Below, in pieces: positions 59,217 to 64,000 of a stretch of DNA of 64,000 nt. Location: assembly GCA_034530615.2 (NCBI GenBank), contig JAVRCV020000041.1:32001-96000 (forward strand). The letters are read 5' to 3'. Every line of letters begins with the position of its first letter. Position 1 is the stretch's first letter. Origin of the DNA: Aulosira sp. ZfuVER01. Its GTDB lineage: Bacteria > Cyanobacteriota > Cyanobacteriia > Cyanobacteriales > Nostocaceae. Both the position numbers and the translations under genes were made by a program. The notes under the pieces are model-generated. The model was given only the letters and a program-made list of their open reading frames with translations. It had not been told where the DNA came from and searched no databases.

Positions 59217-62200
59217 ATGCAACTACGTTTAATTACTTTAACTATCCTGCTGACATTAGCTTCTCCATCCTTAGCCTTGACCACTTCAACACAAGTTATC
59301 GCCCAAGCACCAACACCAACTGCTGAAGAAAAAATTACCGAGGCAATAACCTTAAATAATAACGGTGAAGGACTGGTATACAAAGATTTAGTCGGTTTAG
59401 GTGACTTGCAAGCAGGGTTAGAAATGTTTCAGCAGGCGTTGGCTATTTTCAAAAAATACAACGCTACAGCAGGGGAAGCGAACAGCCTTACCAACATTGG
59501 TTATGTTTATTTGCGTAAAGGAGAATACACCAAAGCGTTAGACTTTTTGCAACAGTCTTTAACTATTCGTAAACAAACACGAGATCGCCAAAATGAATGG
59601 ATACCTCTGTCCTATATAGCAGAAACTTACACAAATTTAGGTCAATATCCCAAGGCGCTAGAAGCTTATCAATCAACCTTAAATATTCTTAAAGAACTGC
59701 AAGCTGCTAACCCGAAAGATTCTAGTTATTCTACTAGTCAAAAAAGTCTGCTTGCTGATACTGGGGCATTGTACTTTAGGATGGGTCAATATCAAAAAGC
59801 ATTGGAGCTTTATCAACAAAGTTTAGCAATTTACAAAGCCAACAGTGATAAAGTTGGTATTGCTGAGACTCTGAATAATATTGGCGTTGTTTATATTAAC
59901 TTAGGAAACTATACTCAAGCACTAGAGTCGTATCAACAAGCTTTAAACCCTATCCAAGACTTCTGCTATAAGGAAAAATCAACTTGCTTTTATGGTACAG
60001 AAGCAGCTATTTTAAATAACCTTGCAGGTGCTTACTTTAGCTTAGGGCAATATCAAAAATCTTTAGAACTTGCCGAGAAATCTTCAACTATTTATAAAAA
60101 GTTTCGTACTGGTGAGTACAAGGGGACAAATAAACAGGATATAAAGTTACTCTACGATGCACTAGGACAAAATCCCCAGGCTTTACAACAAGTTAGCAGT
60201 CGTGCCAATGTTGGTGATGCTTTTGGTAAAGATTCTTTTCAATTTCAAGGTGAAGCACTAAACCTTAACAACATTGGACAAATTTATTTTAGCCAAGGTA
60301 AATATGAACAAGCGCTAAAGCTATATCAACAAGCTTTAGGTATCTACCAAGAAAATAAATATTCCCAAGGTATTGCTGTAACCCTTAATAATATTGGTCG
60401 TGTTTACACCAATACAGGCAAGTATGACCAAGCAATAGAATCAAATCAGCAAGCTTTGACTCATTATAAAGCAGTAGGCGATCGCACTGGTGAAGGTGTA
60501 ACCCTGAGCAATCTTGGACAGATTTACCAAAAACAAAATCAGTTGGAAAAAGCTTTAGGATTATATCAGCAAGCTTTAGCAATACATCGGGAAGTTAGCG
60601 ACAAAGTTAGCGAAGCTGCAACCCTGAAATATTTAGGAGATGTGTTAGCTAGCCAAAATCAACCACAACTTGCGATCGCATTCTACAAACAATCAGTCAA
60701 TCTCACAGAAACCATCCGCCAAAATTTGCGAGTTGTCCCTACCGATATTCAACAATCCTACACCGAAACCGTTGCTGAAAGATATCGCCGTTTAGCTGAT
60801 TTATTACTCAAGCAAAATCGTTCCGCCGAAGCGCAACAAGTTCTAGATTTATTGAAAATACAGGAAGTACAAGATTTTATTGGTAATAGTCGTGGAAGTA
60901 GTCAAAAAGTTGCTAACACTCCCACAAAAGTAGTAAATCCTCAAAGAGGAATAGCTAATAACGATTCTCAACCACAACAAAACTTACCCTTAAAACCACA
61001 AGAACAAGAAATATCGCAAAAATATAGCGCTATTCAAGATAAAGTAATTGTTTTAGGCAAAGAACTTACAAGTCTGCGGAAAATTAATCCTCAAGAACGC
61101 ACATCTGCTCAAGACAAGCGTATTGCAGAACTCGTCAAACTTGAGCAAGATACTACTGCTGAATTTAACAAATTTATCAAAAGTCCTTCTATAGTAGCGC
61201 TGGTTCAGCAATTATCTGCAACTTCAGGGCAAGAGAATCTCAGTTTACGCCAACTAAATTCTCTGCGGGATAATTTACGACAGTTAAATCAAAAAGCAGT
61301 ACTACTTTATCCCTTGGTTTTAGACGATAGATTAGAGTTAGTCATCGTCACAGCAGATGCACCACCTATACATCGCACAGTAGCAGTTACAAAAGCAGAG
61401 TTAAATAAGACAATTCTTGAGTATCGGCAAACAATACAAGTGCCTTATAAAAATATTAAAGATCCAGCCTTCAAGTTATATAGTTGGCTAATTAAGCCTA
61501 TCGAAAATGAGCTAAAACAAGCCGATGCCAAATCTATTATTTATGCCCCAGATGGACAATTAAGATATGTTCCCTTAGCAGGATTATACGATGGAAAAGA
61601 GTGGCTAGTACAAAGGTTTGTGGTGAATAACATTACATCTGCCAGCCTCACCAAATTCGACAACAAACCAGAAAAAGATATTAAAGTTTTAGCAGCGGCT
61701 TTTACAAAAGGCGATTATACAATCAAACTTGCCAATCGGTCAGAAGTTTTTAGTGGGTTGCAGTTTGCTAAACAGGAAGTAGAAACCTTAGCTAAGACAA
61801 TTCCAGGCACTAAGATAGTATTCGATAATCTGTTTAGCCCTTCAGCTACAGTTCCGCAAATGAATGATTACAAAATTGTTCACTTAGCGACTCATGGACT
61901 GCTAGTAAAAGGTAATCCCGAAGATTCCTTTATTTTGTTTGGTGATGGCGAACGTGTAACTCTAAGAGATATAGAGAATTGGTCATTACCAAATGTAGAT
62001 TTAGTAGTTCTGAGTGCTTGCCAAACAGGATTAGGCGATACATTAGGCAATGGTCAAGAAATTCTAGGTTTAGGATACCAGATTCAACTTACCGGAGCTA
62101 AGGCATCTATCGCTTCATTATGGTCTGTATCTGACGGGGGAACACAGGCTTTAATGAATGTATTTTATAAAGTATTGCGATCGGGGAATCTGACAAAAGC

Positions 62201-62381
62201 TGAAGCCTTACAAAAAGCTCAAATTGCCTTAATTTCAGGTAATTATTTGGGATCTGCTAAACCCTCACAAGTAGCAAGCGGACAAAATAAGGGTAATAGT
62301 GTTTTAAGTGCTAGCTCTGAAAATCAATTTAGTCATCCATTTTATTGGGCGCCATTTATTTTGATTGGTAATGGACTGTAA
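59217..62381 (+). CDS. TPR-repeat + CHAT domain protein with N-terminal signal peptide
   Basis: Hydrophobic leader ending PSLA; many TPRs (LNNIG.VY...G.Y..AL..YQQAL); CHAT VHLATHG, VLSACQTG, HPFYWAPF. Confidence 0.9.
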   Translation: MQLRLITLTILLTLASPSLALTTSTQVIAQAPTPTAEEKITEAITLNNNGEGLVYKDLVGLGDLQAGLEMFQQALAIFKKYNATAGEANSLTNIGYVYLRKGEYTKALDFLQQSLTIRKQTRDRQNEWIPLSYIAETYTNLGQYPKALEAYQSTLNILKELQAANPKDSSYSTSQKSLLADTGALYFRMGQYQKALELYQQSLAIYKANSDKVGIAETLNNIGVVYINLGNYTQALESYQQALNPIQDFCYKEKSTCFYGTEAAILNNLAGAYFSLGQYQKSLELAEKSSTIYKKFRTGEYKGTNKQDIKLLYDALGQNPQALQQVSSRANVGDAFGKDSFQFQGEALNLNNIGQIYFSQGKYEQALKLYQQALGIYQENKYSQGIAVTLNNIGRVYTNTGKYDQAIESNQQALTHYKAVGDRTGEGVTLSNLGQIYQKQNQLEKALGLYQQALAIHREVSDKVSEAATLKYLGDVLASQNQPQLAIAFYKQSVNLTETIRQNLRVVPTDIQQSYTETVAERYRRLADLLLKQNRSAEAQQVLDLLKIQEVQDFIGNSRGSSQKVANTPTKVVNPQRGIANNDSQPQQNLPLKPQEQEISQKYSAIQDKVIVLGKELTSLRKINPQERTSAQDKRIAELVKLEQDTTAEFNKFIKSPSIVALVQQLSATSGQENLSLRQLNSLRDNLRQLNQKAVLLYPLVLDDRLELVIVTADAPPIHRTVAVTKAELNKTILEYRQTIQVPYKNIKDPAFKLYSWLIKPIENELKQADAKSIIYAPDGQLRYVPLAGLYDGKEWLVQRFVVNNITSASLTKFDNKPEKDIKVLAAAFTKGDYTIKLANRSEVFSGLQFAKQEVETLAKTIPGTKIVFDNLFSPSATVPQMNDYKIVHLATHGLLVKGNPEDSFILFGDGERVTLRDIENWSLPNVDLVVLSACQTGLGDTLGNGQEILGLGYQIQLTGAKASIASLWSVSDGGTQALMNVFYKVLRSGNLTKAEALQKAQIALISGNYLGSAKPSQVASGQNKGNSVLSASSENQFSHPFYWAPFILIGNGL

Positions 62382-62393
62382 TATCAGTTAACA

Positions 62394-62417
62394 GTAGGGT
62401 GGGTAATTCCCACCTGC
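62394..62417. repeat. REP-like hairpin
   Basis: GTAG-GGTGGG-taatt-CCCACC-tgc. Confidence 0.5.
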
Positions 62418-62659
62418 ATTAGAGAATCAGATGTATCCTGAAACACAATTGCAGAATAAATTCACAATTCTATGTGCAAACTTGTATACATATTTTACGA
62501 AAACTATCCTTGATAATTATGAACAAACGTATCAAATAGCAGTTAGCAACTACCTTACAAAAGGAGCAGATCAAAATTTTTTCTGGTGTTTTTTAAGCGC
62601 TGCTTTTTTTTGATGCTAGGATCTACGACTATAAATATTCAAACAAAAGTGCTATAGCT

Positions 62660-63001
62660 GTGAAACAAAAGCCAAAACCAAGGATCGCTTTGCTTCGTGA
62701 AAAGGCAGGGCTAACCCAGCTTGAGTTGTCACGTCTTGTTGGCGTGACTGAAAGCACTATCCAGAACTGGGAAAGTGGTAGAACTGGGACGGATCATATT
62801 GAAAGAATCATTAGGTTTTGTAAAGCTCTCAATTGCCAAGTAGAAGACCTAATTGAGTATATGAGTGAGTCACCAGAAAAACCAGAAGCGCAACCAAGTT
62901 CATTAAGTGAAATCCATCATTTATTGGGAACTGAGGAACCTGTCACTGCTACCAGTACTGATGCTGAAGTTGCTTCCACACACCATGCCAAAACTAGCTG
63001 A
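62660..63001 (+). CDS. XRE/Cro-C1 HTH transcriptional regulator
   Basis: LREKAGLTQLELSRLVGVTESTIQNWESG; GTG start. Confidence 0.85.
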   Translation: MKQKPKPRIALLREKAGLTQLELSRLVGVTESTIQNWESGRTGTDHIERIIRFCKALNCQVEDLIEYMSESPEKPEAQPSSLSEIHHLLGTEEPVTATSTDAEVASTHHAKTS

Positions 63002-63123
63002 AATATATCTTCAGCTAACTTTGCTGTAGCAAGAAACTTCAAGCTGAGTTAGTTATTACATTGGGCAATTTGCTCTACCTCACTCTTTCGCTTTGTCATG
63101 AAGGTGTGAGGTTTCTATAATGT

Positions 63124-63804
63124 TTAGCTAATCATTAGGGCTGACTGCCACAGAGTATCAATGCTGACAAATTGATAGCCTTGTTGTAGCAATTGCGGGA
63201 TTAAAATCTCTATTGTTGCCGCAACATCTTGACCGCCATAAGCACCATCATGTAAAACAATAATTGAACCTTTTTGTACCTGCCTGAGAACACGTTGCAC
63301 TACAGTGGTGACTCCTGGTCTAGCCCAGTCTACAGGCACAACACTCCACATCACTGGACGATAATTCCACTGAAGAAATAGTTTTAAAGTTTGGGGTGTA
63401 AATAAACCGTTGGGTGGTCTAACATCTCTGACTTGTTCGGGCAGGAGATTGCAAGCATGATAAATTGCAGTTTGGGTTTTTTCCAAACTTTCTCGAAGTT
63501 GTACCGGGGACAGCATGGGAAAAGAACGATGGTCGTAACCATGCAATCCAATCCAGTGTCCGCGATCGCATACCGATTTAGCTATCGCTGGTGAATGATT
63601 GACACAAGCACCTAACCAAAAAAAACTAGCTTGAATTTGATAACGGTCTAAAACTGCCAATACCTCCGGAGTGTACTGGGGATGGGGACCATCATCAAAC
63701 GTGAGTGCGATCGCTCTGGAATTGCGATCGCCACTCCAAAGACAGTTAGGGAAACTTGGTTGGAGAAGACGATAGAGAATTGGCAAAAGGGGAGCAAGTT
63801 GCAT
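63124..63804 (-). CDS. Polysaccharide deacetylase (CE4/NodB)
   Basis: ALTFDDGP, HGYDH, RPPNG, DW, IVLHDG. Start moved to ATG 63804. Confidence 0.92.
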   Translation of the reverse strand: MQLAPLLPILYRLLQPSFPNCLWSGDRNSRAIALTFDDGPHPQYTPEVLAVLDRYQIQASFFWLGACVNHSPAIAKSVCDRGHWIGLHGYDHRSFPMLSPVQLRESLEKTQTAIYHACNLLPEQVRDVRPPNGLFTPQTLKLFLQWNYRPVMWSVVPVDWARPGVTTVVQRVLRQVQKGSIIVLHDGAYGGQDVAATIEILIPQLLQQGYQFVSIDTLWQSALMIS

Positions 63805-63824
63805 ACACCTGTGTCGAAACAACC

Positions 63825-63921
63825 CTAGTACAGCATGGCAGAGGTCAGCCTACCATCCAAAACAACCCAAAAGTTTGAAATCAAAGTCTTTTTAACTTTG
63901 ACTACTGCACAGCAGCACTAG
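63825..63921. mobile_element. Degenerate MITE-like element directly upstream of the deacetylase
   Basis: Imperfect TIRs CTAGTACAGCATGGCAG / CTGCACAGCAGCACTAG (12 of 17 match); related to 29436-29538. Confidence 0.5.
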
Positions 63922-64000
63922 CTTCATACCATGCATACAGAAATAACATCTGAGATTGCAGGTTGCAAAGTGCGGAGTACTCGCCACTTGGTCAGGAGGT

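Larger units (their letters stand above)
39..63731. repeat. HIP1 octamer GCGATCGC, highly iterated throughout
   Basis: Dozens of copies by eye (e.g. 39-46, 123-130, 1149-1156), in coding and non-coding DNA; not counted exactly. Confidence 0.95.

Noticed and set aside
1604..60582. Numerous short antisense or overlapping ORFs inside long genes
   Set aside because: Shadow ORFs of well-supported genes with no independent motifs.
62431..62613. 60-aa ORF between TPR-CHAT and XRE
   Set aside because: AT-rich promoter-like DNA, no coding signal.

Overview
Chromosomal window from a filamentous, heterocyst-forming-type cyanobacterium (Nostocales-like). The evidence is very frequent HIP1 octamers (GCGATCGC), STRR heptamer repeats, and fraH/prpJ/asr1734-type genes. 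Left to right: pgsA (partial), a chimeric pseudogene, a fumarase/aspartase, DUF362, ppa, panD and a degenerate MBL-fold protein. Next is a complete nitrate-assimilation cluster: cnaT, ntcB, an inserted CBS-PAS-cyanobacteriochrome hybrid kinase, nirB, a small Rieske lipoprotein, and nirA-nrtABCD-nrtP-narB-psiE-like-narM, with three readable NtcA-type promoters. Then comes a phospho-Thr/proteolysis neighbourhood (FHA-PrsW, unknown protein, CHAT-FHA, PrpJ-like PP2C), ndhM, asr1734-family, a ycf29-type regulator, GT2, an S41 protease, M50B, fraH and pgl. The right part has rph-adk-btuR-like-dcd-thyX, hli, aroA, BON, a P-type ATPase, TPR-CHAT, an XRE regulator and a deacetylase. No rRNA, tRNA, CRISPR array or transposase was seen. 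Best leads: (1) a possible HetF/PatU3-paralogous, FHA/phosphatase-gated protease module; (2) an internal NtcA+NtcB promoter driving nrtP-narB in an operon carrying both nitrate transporter types; (3) a light/adenylate-sensing kinase embedded among the nitrate regulators; (4) tiny repeats nested up to 4-5 levels deep in HIP1-type sites. All family assignments come from motif recognition and recall; no database search was run.
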